DNA of 32,000 nucleotides from Candidatus Nanosynbacter lyticus (GCF_000803625.1 NZ_CP007496.1:480001-512000), one strand, 5' to 3'. Counted from the first letter of the stretch, positions 18,331-31,320 are shown. Notes: a model not told the origin generated them from the sequence alone. Translations and numbers: made by a program.

Positions 18331-18333
18331 GCA

Positions 18334-19041
18334 CTATTTTTGCTTTGTGTATTCTGGCAAGACTTTTCCGGCAAGAGCTACTGCCATCAGTACCGCAAAA
18401 CCGCACATAATCGACGGGATGCCAGTGATAGTTGATGGATCAATGATATTGACAAACGTCGTTGGTACAATGAACAATACATAGCCAATAATCAATGACC
18501 ACAGCGAGCGACGAATATACTTTTTGGCATTTTTACCACGAGTATAGGCGTAGGCAATCGCCATGAACAACAAGCCGTAGTAGTACAACCCATACCACTC
18601 ACTGATGCCTGGCTGATTTTCAAAAATAACATAGTTTCCCAGACAGACGCCAGCACTAACGCCATTTACGGCCAGCAAAAAGTAACCGATGAATACAGCT
18701 GCTAGGACGTATCCCAGCACTGGGATCCAGCGTCGTTTGTCGGCAGAGATCTGATAGACCAGATGAATACCCAGAGGTGGCAACATGGTGATCGCCACGT
18801 AGCCAAGCTTTGCCCAGCCCACGCTATCAAACAGCACCGTGCCTTCACAAACGTTATATTCAGCCCATTGAAACAGTGCTAGACAAACGAGTAGCGCCAC
18901 GACGATCCTCGTCACGGGAGTTAGTTTGTAACGCCACACTGTATGAATCGCTAAAATAATCTCAATAGCTAAGGTTGCCAACATCACTGGCGGTGAAAAA
19001 CAGTAGAGCTTCGGTGTTCTGAATTTATCCATATGGTGCAT
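18334..19041 (-). CDS. Hypothetical multi-pass membrane protein (about 7 TM)
   Basis: 235 aa with regularly spaced hydrophobic segments; start may be the second Met (MDKFRTPKLY). Confidence 0.75.
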   Translation of the reverse strand: MHHMDKFRTPKLYCFSPPVMLATLAIEIILAIHTVWRYKLTPVTRIVVALLVCLALFQWAEYNVCEGTVLFDSVGWAKLGYVAITMLPPLGIHLVYQISADKRRWIPVLGYVLAAVFIGYFLLAVNGVSAGVCLGNYVIFENQPGISEWYGLYYYGLLFMAIAYAYTRGKNAKKYIRRSLWSLIIGYVLFIVPTTFVNIIDPSTITGIPSIMCGFAVLMAVALAGKVLPEYTKQK

Positions 19042-19047
19042 TATACA

Positions 19048-19824
19048 CTAGTCTTGGTCGGTCTTGATGTGGTACTTCTGGTAGAACAGCTTGGCAGACT
19101 GCTCAATCTCCCGGTGGCGAGCCTTACCGCGAACGTCAATGTCCAGATGTGTACAGACGATATCTCCAGTCGCCATAATCTTCACACCCGCCTCACGCAG
19201 TCGATGCGCTAAATCCTGCCCTTCGTGATAGCGAAACTCTGCGTCATATCCACCAACCTTTGCAAAATCATCAATCAGCAGCGCGAAGCTCCCCTCAGCC
19301 ACCCAGTCAACTTGACGATCCACCGTAACTCGCTCGCCCCAAATCCATGGATAGTCCCAGCCGCGTTGCTGTAATGTTTGGCGATGATCTGCTTGGACTA
19401 CCTGTGTAAACTGCCGGTCATGCTGCGGGTGCATTTCATGGCCATAATTCCAGGCCATCGGCTGACCGTTGTTGTAGAGAATAGTACTGCCAAGCATGAT
19501 ATGATTTTCGCCAGCAAACTTTTGGCGCAACATATCGGCAACATTCTCTGTCTCAACGCGCATGTCACAATCGATGAACCATACCACGCCAGTTTTATGC
19601 ATATCCAAAAAACGATTACGATTGGCTCCTGCGCCAATATTTTTCTCACCAAAGATAAAATTGACTACCGGAAATTCACGGGCGAGATCTTGCAGTTTTT
19701 GCTGGTCGGTGGAATGATCATCAAGCACCGTGATGCTATCAAAATCCTGTTCTGTCAGCTGCGCCAAAAGACTCCTCAAAGCCTGAGGCGCGTTATAGTG
19801 TGGGATGGCGACGTGAACTTGCAT
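19048..19824 (-). CDS. Family 2 glycosyltransferase
   Basis: HVAIPHYNAPQALRSLLAQLTEQ, ITVLDDHSTD, NIGAGANRNRFLD, WFIDCDM. Confidence 0.92.
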   Translation of the reverse strand: MQVHVAIPHYNAPQALRSLLAQLTEQDFDSITVLDDHSTDQQKLQDLAREFPVVNFIFGEKNIGAGANRNRFLDMHKTGVVWFIDCDMRVETENVADMLRQKFAGENHIMLGSTILYNNGQPMAWNYGHEMHPQHDRQFTQVVQADHRQTLQQRGWDYPWIWGERVTVDRQVDWVAEGSFALLIDDFAKVGGYDAEFRYHEGQDLAHRLREAGVKIMATGDIVCTHLDIDVRGKARHREIEQSAKLFYQKYHIKTDQD

Positions 19825-19846
19825 ATCGTTTTACCTCGTCAGTGAA

Positions 19847-20284
19847 CTAATCACCGAACTCCTGTTCTTCACTATCTGCTTTTTCTTCACGATATTTATC
19901 TGGCTGGGCACGGAAAATTTCTACCCATTTACTGCCATCGACCAGGTCGTTATATTCAATATAGTGCCGATTATCAAAGCCGCCCTTTTTCTGCTTTTTG
20001 CGCGCCATTTCCTCTTGGACTTGCTCTGTAGAAAAGCCAAAATCTTGGTGTAGTGTATCAACAACTTCTTGCAAATCAGCCAGCTCTTTGAGTGATTCAT
20101 CACGCTGTTTATCACCCAGCGGAATCTCATCTGCCTCCTCATGAACTTTATGCACTAGCTCACGGCGAAATTCCCGACTGTCCAATTCACGGTATTCCGT
20201 ATGTAACACTTCTGGGTCATCCAAACAATTTGACACCACTCTATCGCGCACTAGTTTTTGTAAGTAAAATCGGACCATCACCAC
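19847..20284 (-). CDS. Phosphoribosyl-ATP pyrophosphohydrolase/MazG-like protein
   Basis: YLQKLVRDRV ... ELVHKVHEEADEI ... KELADLQEVVDTL ... KKGGFDNRHYIEY. Confidence 0.85.
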   Translation of the reverse strand: MVMVRFYLQKLVRDRVVSNCLDDPEVLHTEYRELDSREFRRELVHKVHEEADEIPLGDKQRDESLKELADLQEVVDTLHQDFGFSTEQVQEEMARKKQKKGGFDNRHYIEYNDLVDGSKWVEIFRAQPDKYREEKADSEEQEFGD

Positions 20285-20287
20285 CCC

Positions 20288-23372
<3,085 letters not shown>

Positions 23373-23374
23373 GA

Positions 23375-24250
23375 TTACATCTTTGTTGCATTATTTCTCA
23401 ATCTAGTAATTCGATCTTCTAGTGGTGGGTGGGTGCTAAATAATTTCGAGAAAAAGCCAGGTTTAAGAGGGTTATTCATAAATAAGTTGGCGGTTGAAGA
23501 ACTCTGTTTTTGCATTGGACGGCCAAATTGACGTAATTTCTCCAGAGCACTTGCCAAACCCTCAGTATCGCGCGTCAACAATACACCAGAAGCGTCAGCC
23601 AAGTATTCTCTCTGCCGGCTAACTGCTAATTGCGTAATCGTCGCCAAAATTGGAGCCAGGATAACTACTACTAGTCCAAGAGCGTAAACTATTGGACTAA
23701 CCTCTCTGTCTCTATCATCGCTATAAAACATCATCCTTAATGCCAAATCTGCGAACAAACCAATTGCGCTCACCAGACCAAAAGCAATCATACTGACACG
23801 AATATCGTAATTACGCACATGACTCATCTCGTGCGCCATCACCGCCTCCAGTTCGCGCTTATCCATAATCTCCAACAATCCAGTAGTCGCACCAACAATT
23901 GCATGTTTTGGATCACGACCTGTTGCAAAGGCGTTTGGTGCTGGATCGTCAATAATATATACTTTTGGCATCGGCATACCAGAAGTAATTGCCAAATTTT
24001 CCACCACTCGCCATAGTTCAGGCGCATCATTTTTCTCAATCTCCTGCGCGCCCGTCATTGCCATAGCCAACTTGCCAGCGATAAAATATTGTAGCCAAGC
24101 GTACAGAATCGCACATATAAAAATTATAAGCGACAGAGAATAGCTATCGGCCACTATGCCGATAAATACCCCAATAATGCCAATAATTGCCACGAAAACT
24201 GCCATAATCAATACAGTGTTGCGTTTATTTTGAGAAACTGCGTTATACAT
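23375..24250 (-). CDS. htpX: Zinc metalloprotease HtpX homologue (M48)
   Basis: VMAHEMSHVRNYDIR (HExxH), REYLADASGVLLTR, STHPPLEDRI. Confidence 0.96.
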   Translation of the reverse strand: MYNAVSQNKRNTVLIMAVFVAIIGIIGVFIGIVADSYSLSLIIFICAILYAWLQYFIAGKLAMAMTGAQEIEKNDAPELWRVVENLAITSGMPMPKVYIIDDPAPNAFATGRDPKHAIVGATTGLLEIMDKRELEAVMAHEMSHVRNYDIRVSMIAFGLVSAIGLFADLALRMMFYSDDRDREVSPIVYALGLVVVILAPILATITQLAVSRQREYLADASGVLLTRDTEGLASALEKLRQFGRPMQKQSSSTANLFMNNPLKPGFFSKLFSTHPPLEDRITRLRNNATKM

Positions 24251-24264
24251 ATCTTAATTATAAC

Positions 24265-24298
24265 AAAAACCGCCCACTTTCGACAGCGAGCGGTTTTG
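24265..24298 (-). terminator. Terminator between lemA and htpX
   Basis: AAAACCGC ... GAGCGGTTTT hairpin-like inverted repeat. Confidence 0.55.
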
Positions 24299-24312
24299 AT
24301 TTTTGGCTTAAA

Positions 24313-24882
24313 TTAGAACTTTACTTCTACTGGGTTTTCAACACTTGCTCGATCTTCAACATCGAAGAATTCCTTAGCCTGGAATCCGAACATTCCCGCA
24401 ACAATATTTGCTGGAAAGGTTTGGATCTTAGTGTTTAAATCGCGTACTCCGCCGTTATAGAATCGACGAGCGGCTTGAATTTTATCTTCAGTGTCAACCA
24501 GTTCCTGTTGCAATTGCAAGAAGTTTTGATTAGCTTTCAGCTCAGGATAAGCCTCAGCAACTGCAAACAAGCTCTTCAAAACGCCTTCCATCATGTTCTC
24601 AGCCTTAGCGGTGTCTGCCGCGCCTTGAGCATTCATTATTGCTGAACGAGCTTCCGTTACTTTTTCAAATACCTCTTTTTCATGTGTAGCATAACCCTTG
24701 ACGGAATTGACTAAATTTGGAATTAAGTCAGTTCGGCGTTTCAGCTGTACAGTGATATCACTCCACGCTTCTTCAACACGATTACGCAGCGTTACCAGAC
24801 CATTATATGAACCGATAACGAACATAATTATCACACCCAATAAAGCCGCAATAACTATAAGCACAATTGCTAATACACTCAT
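24313..24882 (-). CDS. lemA: LemA family protein
   Basis: GSYNGLVTLRNRVEEAWSDITVQLKRRTDLIPNLVNSVKGYATHEKEVFE ... YNGGVRDLNTKIQTFPANIVAGMFGFQ. Confidence 0.97.
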   Translation of the reverse strand: MSVLAIVLIVIAALLGVIIMFVIGSYNGLVTLRNRVEEAWSDITVQLKRRTDLIPNLVNSVKGYATHEKEVFEKVTEARSAIMNAQGAADTAKAENMMEGVLKSLFAVAEAYPELKANQNFLQLQQELVDTEDKIQAARRFYNGGVRDLNTKIQTFPANIVAGMFGFQAKEFFDVEDRASVENPVEVKF

Positions 24883-24923
24883 TTACCTTATTACCCTTTC
24901 TATTAAACTTTCCTTTACAGTTT

Positions 24924-25009
24924 TGGTGCGCAAGGCGGGAATCGAACCCGCACGACTTTTGGTCAAGGGATTTTAAGTCCCTCGCGTCTACCAATTCCGC
25001 CACTCGCGC
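24924..25009 (-). tRNA. tRNA-Leu (anticodon TAA), CCA encoded
   Basis: GCGCGAG/CTTGCGC acceptor stem, anticodon loop CTTAAAA, long variable arm, GGTTCGATTCC. Confidence 0.95.
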
Positions 25010-25068
25010 GTATATATTTACAAGCCAGACATTTACACACCTGACACTGCCTATATTATACTATATTT

Positions 25069-25659
25069 ATGAAGCAAATTGTAATAATTCACGGCGGTTC
25101 AAGCTTTAATAGCTACGAAAATTACTTAAATCACCTAAAGTCCAGCCAACTTCACTACGAAAGACTACTTTGGTCGCAAAAATGGCGAGACTGGCTGGCG
25201 CAGGAAATCGTCGACACTGATGTTTTGTTGCCGGATTTCCCTAATAAGCAAAACGCCAGCTACGCTGAGTGGAAAATATACTTCGAAAAACTACTGCCCC
25301 TGCTTGGCGATGATGTCCAATTAGTTGGATATAGCCTGGGTGCAATGTTTTTGGCAAAATATTTACACGAATCACCGCTTAGCTCGCCAGTTCGACGATT
25401 GGTATTAGTGTCACCATGCTATGACGACGAATCAGTTGAAGATTTAGGTAGTTTTCGAGTGACAAGTGCTGCTGGTTTAGAAAAATCAGCAAAGGAAGTT
25501 CATTTATTTCACAGCAAAGATGACCCGGTCGTGCCGTTTACTGAGCTTGCCAAATTTCAGCGTGATTTGCCAACAGCTAAGTTGCATATTTTTGAAGACC
25601 GTAATCATTTCTTCCAGCCGACATTCCCTGAGCTAAAAGAATTATTAGAACAAAAATAG
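25069..25659 (+). CDS. Alpha/beta hydrolase (RBBP9/YdeN-like)
   Basis: IVIIHGGSSF, LVGYSLGAMFLAKYL (GxSxG), SKDDPVVPF, EDRNHFFQ. Confidence 0.85.
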   Translation: MKQIVIIHGGSSFNSYENYLNHLKSSQLHYERLLWSQKWRDWLAQEIVDTDVLLPDFPNKQNASYAEWKIYFEKLLPLLGDDVQLVGYSLGAMFLAKYLHESPLSSPVRRLVLVSPCYDDESVEDLGSFRVTSAAGLEKSAKEVHLFHSKDDPVVPFTELAKFQRDLPTAKLHIFEDRNHFFQPTFPELKELLEQK

Positions 25660-25687
25660 CCCTAAGATTAGAGCTATCGATGATTTC

Positions 25688-25761
25688 TGGAGGCACGTAC
25701 GAGAGTCGAACTCGTCTAAAAGGTTTTGCAGACCTCTGCGTAACCGCTCCGCCAACGCGCC
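25688..25761 (-). tRNA. tRNA-Cys (anticodon GCA), CCA encoded
   Basis: GGCGCGT/ACGTGCC acceptor stem, loop CTGCAAA, GAGTTCGACTC T arm. Confidence 0.94.
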
Positions 25762-25773
25762 GTTCGGTATGCT

Positions 25774-25861
25774 TGGTGCGAGCGAGAAGACTTGAACTTC
25801 CATGAGCGCAATGCTCACTAGCCCCTCAAGCTAGCGCGTCTACCAATTCCGCCACGCCCGC
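25774..25861 (-). tRNA. tRNA-Leu (anticodon GAG), CCA encoded
   Basis: GCGGGCG/CGCTCGC acceptor stem, loop TTGAGGG flanked by CTAGC/GCTAG, long variable arm, GTTCAAGTC T loop. Confidence 0.94.
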
Positions 25862-25885
25862 ATAGCCAATTACCATTATACCTAA

Positions 25886-27676
25886 TTACGGTGTTTTGTA
25901 AACGGACTGTTTCTCTGCTGCCCAATATTGAACATCGACATACCTGTCAACAGGATTAACAACTTCTGTTTTTTCATCAAGTACCCTAACTGAACGAATA
26001 TGAATGTAGTCAAACTTTGGCTGGTACAGAGCAATCGCTGGAGCGTCCGTCTTCCAAGTATTAGCAAACTTTTCATAACGATCAGACCGCTGCTTTAGGG
26101 ACAATTTTGAACGACCGCTTTCTAGGGCGTCATCCGCCACGGCATTATTATAATTAGAGAAATTCAATCCGTTATTTGTAGCTTGAGACGAGTGCCAATA
26201 GGCGTAAACATCTGGATCACCACCCAGCGACAACTCGTAAATTAGCACATCAAAATTACGAGGTTGCAAAATTGTCTGAAGGATATTCTGAGAAGCGTCA
26301 TTTGGATCGATCACCTTAACATCTACTTCTATATTTAGTTCATTACGCCATACTTGAGCTAAATATTGAGCGGCCTTCTCGTAGTTATTATTTTTTAGAG
26401 CAACCATGTTTAGTTTTAATTTGACATTTTCTTTCTGACGAGCGTTGTCGACAACCTTCCAACCCTCAGCATCAAGCAAGGACTTCGCCTTTTTTGTGTC
26501 ATAGCCCAGCGGCTGAGAGGCTTTACCTAGAAACTTGTTTAATATCGGCCCGGACAACTCCTCTATTGATGACGACAAGGACTGGCGCAACTTACCAGTA
26601 TCGACACTAAGAGCTAGGGCTTGACGAACGGACTTTGACTGCAAGAACTGACTATTGTTGTTAAATAGCGCATAAACACCATTATTCAAGGAGTGAGACT
26701 CTGCCGCATACATAGACTTAACTTCTGCCGGCTGATCGTTATAAATCAATTCTGACGTACCCGTAATCTCTCTGGTCCTGAGACTTTTAACAATGTCATC
26801 TTGAGTTGGATAAACATATAGCTGGAAGCGATCAAGTTTAGCCGTACCGCCATAATAATTACCGTTAGACTGTAGATATAGGACCTTCTTACTGCCATCA
26901 CTCGTAACATTCTGTAGTAGCCTAAACGCAAACGGGCCGCTAGAAATTGGCGCTTTGCTAAAATCATGTTCTCGTAAGTTCGACGGTTTAACATCTTTTA
27001 GCGCATGCTCTGGAACAATTGGAAATGTCAACGCATGAACAAATGGCGAATAAGACGCGGGCAAAATAAATTTTACTGAGTCTTCGGAGACTTTTTCAAA
27101 TTTAATTGAGCGCCAACCGGATATCTCAGCTCCCACTTCTGGATTAGCTAAAAGCTTTAGCGTAAAAATTACGTCGTTAATCGTCAGGTCATATCCATCT
27201 GACCACTTCAGATTTTTCTTTAGCTTAACTGTATATTCCGTTTCCTTATAATTAACCTTTACTCCGTCTGCCAGGTCGGTTTTTATATTGCCAGTCGAGT
27301 CATACCTATACAGGCTGGAAAATAGCAGTTTAGTGGCAGATTTTTCGGCGCTAGTTTTTGCAAAAATTGGGTTTAGATTTTCCAGAGGACCTAATACACC
27401 CTCAGAATACGAACCGCCAGAAGCGTATGTCATAGTCGTAAAAGAATTGCGCGAAATGTGCCACTGCACAGCACTAACGCCAATCATCACCAGAACCAAA
27501 GCTACCCAAATAGACACACGGCGTCTCACATTTGCAAGTCGATCTAAACGAGACATCACAAATTTATGTGCATGTCGCAAGCTACCCTTTTCGATTTTAC
27601 GCAAACGCTTATTGACGCCTTTACGAGAGACTTTTAGGCGCGCAAATCGGTTCCATGACGATTTGTCTGAACTCAA
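25886..27676 (-). CDS. Oligopeptide/dipeptide ABC transporter substrate-binding protein (SBP family 5)
   Basis: 596 aa; N-terminal TM, LNPIFA, DLADG, YTVKLKKNLKWSDGYDLTINDVIFTLKL, SGPFAF, RQALALSVD. Confidence 0.92.
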   Translation of the reverse strand: MSSDKSSWNRFARLKVSRKGVNKRLRKIEKGSLRHAHKFVMSRLDRLANVRRRVSIWVALVLVMIGVSAVQWHISRNSFTTMTYASGGSYSEGVLGPLENLNPIFAKTSAEKSATKLLFSSLYRYDSTGNIKTDLADGVKVNYKETEYTVKLKKNLKWSDGYDLTINDVIFTLKLLANPEVGAEISGWRSIKFEKVSEDSVKFILPASYSPFVHALTFPIVPEHALKDVKPSNLREHDFSKAPISSGPFAFRLLQNVTSDGSKKVLYLQSNGNYYGGTAKLDRFQLYVYPTQDDIVKSLRTREITGTSELIYNDQPAEVKSMYAAESHSLNNGVYALFNNNSQFLQSKSVRQALALSVDTGKLRQSLSSSIEELSGPILNKFLGKASQPLGYDTKKAKSLLDAEGWKVVDNARQKENVKLKLNMVALKNNNYEKAAQYLAQVWRNELNIEVDVKVIDPNDASQNILQTILQPRNFDVLIYELSLGGDPDVYAYWHSSQATNNGLNFSNYNNAVADDALESGRSKLSLKQRSDRYEKFANTWKTDAPAIALYQPKFDYIHIRSVRVLDEKTEVVNPVDRYVDVQYWAAEKQSVYKTP

Positions 27677-27686
27677 TTTTATTCTC

Positions 27687-27923
27687 CTATTTTTGCAATC
27701 CCGGCAAAATCATACTTGCCAAAATTGACAACACAAAAATCACCGCAAAAACTACGGTTACGTCAAATAAGTTTTTATCAAAACCGCGTCGGGTGGTAAA
27801 TAGTTCACCCGACGAACCAAAACCAGCACCCAAACTTGCACCTCGTTGCTGCAATAATATTGCAATAATCATCAGCACAGCCGATCCAAGCGTAACATAC
27901 GGTAAAATTGTATCAATTGACAT
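27687..27923 (-). CDS. secG: Preprotein translocase subunit SecG
   Basis: MSIDTILPYVTLGSAVLMIIAILLQQRGASLGAGFGSSGELFTTRRGFDKNLF; start chosen at 27923. Confidence 0.9.
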   Translation of the reverse strand: MSIDTILPYVTLGSAVLMIIAILLQQRGASLGAGFGSSGELFTTRRGFDKNLFDVTVVFAVIFVLSILASMILPGLQK

Positions 27924-28299
27924 ATTGCTCCTTTTCTTCTCGCTGCAGAACCAGCGCACTACCTATAATATAGTTTACCAGACTCAGGATAATTCCGGCA
28001 ACAATTGAATGTGCAAATGTCATAGAAATTCCTGGCGCCAAAGCTAATGAGACATAAACCATCAATCCATTAACCACCAAAGTAAATAAGCCTAGGGTCA
28101 ATAAAATTGCTGGTAGTGCAAAAATTGTAACAATAGGCTTTAACGTACTATTAACCAATGAGAATATCAATCCCGCCATCATAAAAGTCCAAGCTGAGGT
28201 CGCTCCAGAATTACCATTACCAAGTAGTCGCACAGCCACCCAAATGCCAACTGAATTAAGAATCCAGCGCAGTAAAAATGTTGCAAATTGTCTCTTCAT
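27913..28299 (-). CDS. Phage holin family 4 / YvlD-like small membrane protein
   Basis: 128 aa; FLLRWILNSVGIWVAVRLLG ... FSLVNSTLKPIVTIFALPAILLTLGLFTLVVNGLMVYV. Confidence 0.85.
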   Translation of the reverse strand: MKRQFATFLLRWILNSVGIWVAVRLLGNGNSGATSAWTFMMAGLIFSLVNSTLKPIVTIFALPAILLTLGLFTLVVNGLMVYVSLALAPGISMTFAHSIVAGIILSLVNYIIGSALVLQREEKEQYVN

Positions 28300-28325
28300 T
28301 AGTCTTATTATATAAAATTTGTGCT

Positions 28326-29927
28326 TTATTGTCGATTAATGTTAATGTTTTCTGAAGCCTGCTTTATAAGCTGCGTTTTTTGCCTACCAATTTCCACCTC
28401 TAGGTCTTCGTCACTTGCCTCAAAAATTTTCTTAATACTACCAAATTTTTTCAGCAATTTGGCACGGGTTTTTGGCCCGATTCCAGGAATTTCCTCCAGC
28501 TGATTTTTCGTTTGCTGCTGGCGTTTGAGTGCGGTGTGATAGCTCACGGCAAAACGATGCGACTCGTCGCGAATGCGCTGGAATAATTTGACGATGTCAG
28601 TTGCCGCAAGGGTATTCTCGGCCGCCGTCGGACGTTCGTGCCGAGTGCTCTCCATGCTAGCTCGTAAGTTTTTTGAATGCGAACCAGCATTACGTTGGTC
28701 TGGATGTAAATTCACCACATAGACGTCACCATCTTCGTGAACCATAATGTCCGTCCGTAGCTGCGACCGTATTTGCTCAATGAACGCCGTATCAATCTGC
28801 GAACCGGTCTTATGCACCAGTAGTTCTTCCTCACGCTTGGCGATGCTGATGATCGGCACGGCGACGCCACGCTCATCACGCGCTCTGATGGCTGCCGCCA
28901 GCTGGCCTTTACCACCGTCAATCAGCAGCAGATCGGGACGACCCCAGCTTTTTAGATGACGTTCGCTCAGCCGGCGAAAAATCGTCTGATAGATATTGCC
29001 CGTGTCATCATTTTTCTCACTGACTTTGAACTTGCGGTACTCCGCCCGGTCGCTGACGCCATTGGTAAATACCACCATACTGGCGACAACCTGCTGGCCA
29101 CTCATATGCGAAATATCATAGCCCTCGATGCGCACCGGGATATCTTTTAGGCCCAACAATTTCGCCAAATCAGCCAGCGCCTGGTCCTTAGAGATATCCA
29201 AAAACTCTTTGTCGCCAAAACAAACCCGCCGCTGCAATTCCTGCATGGCGCGTAGCTTATTGCGAAGGTCGGCCGCCCGCTCAAAATCGTGCAGCCCAGC
29301 CGCCGTTTTCATGTCGCGTTCCAGCTCGGCAGCGATGGCTTTACGATTGCCCTTGATATAGCTGATGAGTTTACGCAAATTAGCTTTGTATAGCTCCGTC
29401 CCATCACTCAGCCGCGGGCTCAAGCCCAAATCTTCATCTAATTTCGACTGCCCCGGTCGCCGCTGTCTGGTCAAATAGGGAAATACTCGCCGCAAATATC
29501 GTAGGGCTTTTTTCAAGGCAAAGCCATTATAAAACGGACCAATATATTCCGCGCCATCATCAGCTGGGTTACGCGTAAAACTGACGGTCGGCCACTCGCT
29601 TTTCATGTCGATTCGCACGTACATCTGCGATTTATCATCACGCAGCAGCACATTGTAGCGCGGCATATAGCGCTTGACCATCTCGCTTTCCAGAAACAAG
29701 GCGTCAACTTCGCTCTCGGTCTCAATCCAATCGGTATCAGCGATTTCCGCTACCAACGCCATGGTTTTATTGTCCCGCCCGCGCGAATCCTGAAAATACT
29801 GACGCACGCGGTTTTTCAGTACAGCCGCCTTGCCCACATAAATAATCTCACCGCTGGCTGACTTATGAAAATAAACGCCAGGAGTGCGCGGTAGAGTTTT
29901 GAGTTTGGCTTGCAACACTTGGTTCAC
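28326..29927 (-). CDS. uvrC: Excinuclease ABC subunit C
   Basis: 533 aa; PRTPGVYFHKSASGEIIYVGKAAVLKNRVRQYF, DDKSQMYVRI, IEGYDISHMSG, LLLIDGGKGQL, C-terminal HhH. Confidence 0.97.
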   Translation of the reverse strand: MNQVLQAKLKTLPRTPGVYFHKSASGEIIYVGKAAVLKNRVRQYFQDSRGRDNKTMALVAEIADTDWIETESEVDALFLESEMVKRYMPRYNVLLRDDKSQMYVRIDMKSEWPTVSFTRNPADDGAEYIGPFYNGFALKKALRYLRRVFPYLTRQRRPGQSKLDEDLGLSPRLSDGTELYKANLRKLISYIKGNRKAIAAELERDMKTAAGLHDFERAADLRNKLRAMQELQRRVCFGDKEFLDISKDQALADLAKLLGLKDIPVRIEGYDISHMSGQQVVASMVVFTNGVSDRAEYRKFKVSEKNDDTGNIYQTIFRRLSERHLKSWGRPDLLLIDGGKGQLAAAIRARDERGVAVPIISIAKREEELLVHKTGSQIDTAFIEQIRSQLRTDIMVHEDGDVYVVNLHPDQRNAGSHSKNLRASMESTRHERPTAAENTLAATDIVKLFQRIRDESHRFAVSYHTALKRQQQTKNQLEEIPGIGPKTRAKLLKKFGSIKKIFEASDEDLEVEIGRQKTQLIKQASENININRQ

Positions 29928-30029
29928 TAGATATATTACAGTCTAAAAATCATATTTATGCAAGTATTCTTCTGCGAACCACTCCGCCCGAGTATATTAT
30001 TTTTAGTAGGACGCTGCGCCAGAAGTACC

Positions 30030-30518
30030 TTATATGCATAATCTTGAACTTCTAGGACTGCACAATTTACGATATTCTTTGGGTATATTTTTTCCATTAA
30101 TCCACCGCACCTCAATTATCTCAAAATTACACTTTATATCTTGAGTTGACGCACATGCGGCAAACACCCGAACTGGAAAGGCGAGATACGATTCATGAGA
30201 ATTAGCTTTTCCGAGATATCGCAAATTATCTATTTTTATTCCAACCTCTCCCAGGATCTCTCTCGCAGCAGCCTGTTCATAACCCTCATTACGATTCACG
30301 CCGCCGCCCGGCAAGGCCCATTCTTGGCGACTAAAGCGACTCTTTACTAGTAAAATATCGCCATCATCACGATAAATAATCACCCGCACGCGATCTTTTT
30401 TCGGTCCAAGCTTAAACACCAGTGACATTACGCAGGCAATTCCACGAAAAATTGCTCGCCCAAATACACTGAACATCTTACTAATGACTGATTCTTTATA
30501 AGCCATGAAATCCACCAA
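30030..30518 (-). CDS. NUDIX hydrolase
   Basis: LPGGGVNRNEGYEQAAAREILGEVGI Nudix-like box; N-terminal hydrophobic segment. Confidence 0.85.
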   Translation of the reverse strand: MVDFMAYKESVISKMFSVFGRAIFRGIACVMSLVFKLGPKKDRVRVIIYRDDGDILLVKSRFSRQEWALPGGGVNRNEGYEQAAAREILGEVGIKIDNLRYLGKANSHESYLAFPVRVFAACASTQDIKCNFEIIEVRWINGKNIPKEYRKLCSPRSSRLCI

Positions 30519-30548
30519 TTTGGTAGAGTTTTTTATTTTAACGATAAC

Positions 30549-30944
30549 TTATTCTGTGGTTACGCCATCAAAATCTTCTTCGTTGGCTTCCGCCTCTTCG
30601 CGTGTCGCCCGAACAATGCCATCTTTGTGATGTGCTGGGCTATAAATCGTGTAGAGCTTAAGCGGCTCTTCGCCAGTATTTATCACATTATGCTCAGCAC
30701 CTGCTGGCACGATGATAGCGCTACCATCAGACACAACATACTCATTGCCATCAATCAAAACCTTGCCCTGGCCTGCCTCAAATCGGAAAAATTGATCATT
30801 CTCCTCATGAATCTCTGAACCAATTTCACCACCAACTGGCAGGCTCATCAATACCAATTGACAATGCTTCGCCGTATACAGCACCTGGCGAAAATTATCA
30901 TTCTGCACTGTCAATTCTTCAATATTTCCATTAAAACCCTTCAT
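30549..30944 (-). CDS. Cupin domain protein
   Basis: GGEIGSEIHEENDQFFRFEAGQGKVLIDG ... IIVPAGAEHNVINTG; two cupin motifs. Confidence 0.9.
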   Translation of the reverse strand: MKGFNGNIEELTVQNDNFRQVLYTAKHCQLVLMSLPVGGEIGSEIHEENDQFFRFEAGQGKVLIDGNEYVVSDGSAIIVPAGAEHNVINTGEEPLKLYTIYSPAHHKDGIVRATREEAEANEEDFDGVTTE

Positions 30945-30969
30945 AAAAATCCTCCTTTTAACTTAATTT

Positions 30970-31320
30970 CTACTTTGCGGCTTTTTCTAAAGCATCGATC
31001 AGCGTTTGCTTCGGTTTCATGCCAACCATCTCCTCAACAATTTCACCGCCAACAAAAACCTTCATATTCGGAATACCTTGAACGCGATAGTCCATAGCCA
31101 ACTGCGCATTTTCCTGGCTGGCTTCAGTATCGACTTTGACGACATCAAACTCAGTTTCTTCAGCAATTTGATGTAAAATTGGCGCCATCGCTCGGCACGG
31201 CGGACACCATGGCGCCCAAAAATCAACCAGCACTGGCTTGTCGTTTTTTAATACTTTCTCTTCAAATTCTTGTTTTGTTGTAATCTCATATAACGCCATT
31301 ATTTCCTCCTTTTCTGGCAT
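30970..31320 (-). CDS. trx: Thioredoxin
   Basis: VLVDFWAPWCPPCRAMAPIL ... YRVQGIPNMKVFVGGE; active site WCPPC rather than WCGPC. Confidence 0.95.
   Translation of the reverse strand: MPEKEEIMALYEITTKQEFEEKVLKNDKPVLVDFWAPWCPPCRAMAPILHQIAEETEFDVVKVDTEASQENAQLAMDYRVQGIPNMKVFVGGEIVEEMVGMKPKQTLIDALEKAAK

Noticed and set aside
18242-18484. 80-aa plus-strand ORF across the structured intergenic region
   Set aside because: Most of it is antisense to the 18334..19041 membrane protein gene; no ribosome-binding site, and the inverted repeats are better explained as RNA structure.
24698-25109. Plus-strand ORFs containing RRESNPHDFWSRDFKSLASTNSATRA
   Set aside because: This is the well-known spurious translation antisense to a tRNA gene; the tRNA-Leu(TAA) explains it.
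27913-28299. Phage holin-like protein as evidence of a prophage
   Set aside because: This family is a widespread chromosomal membrane protein family, and no other phage genes are nearby.
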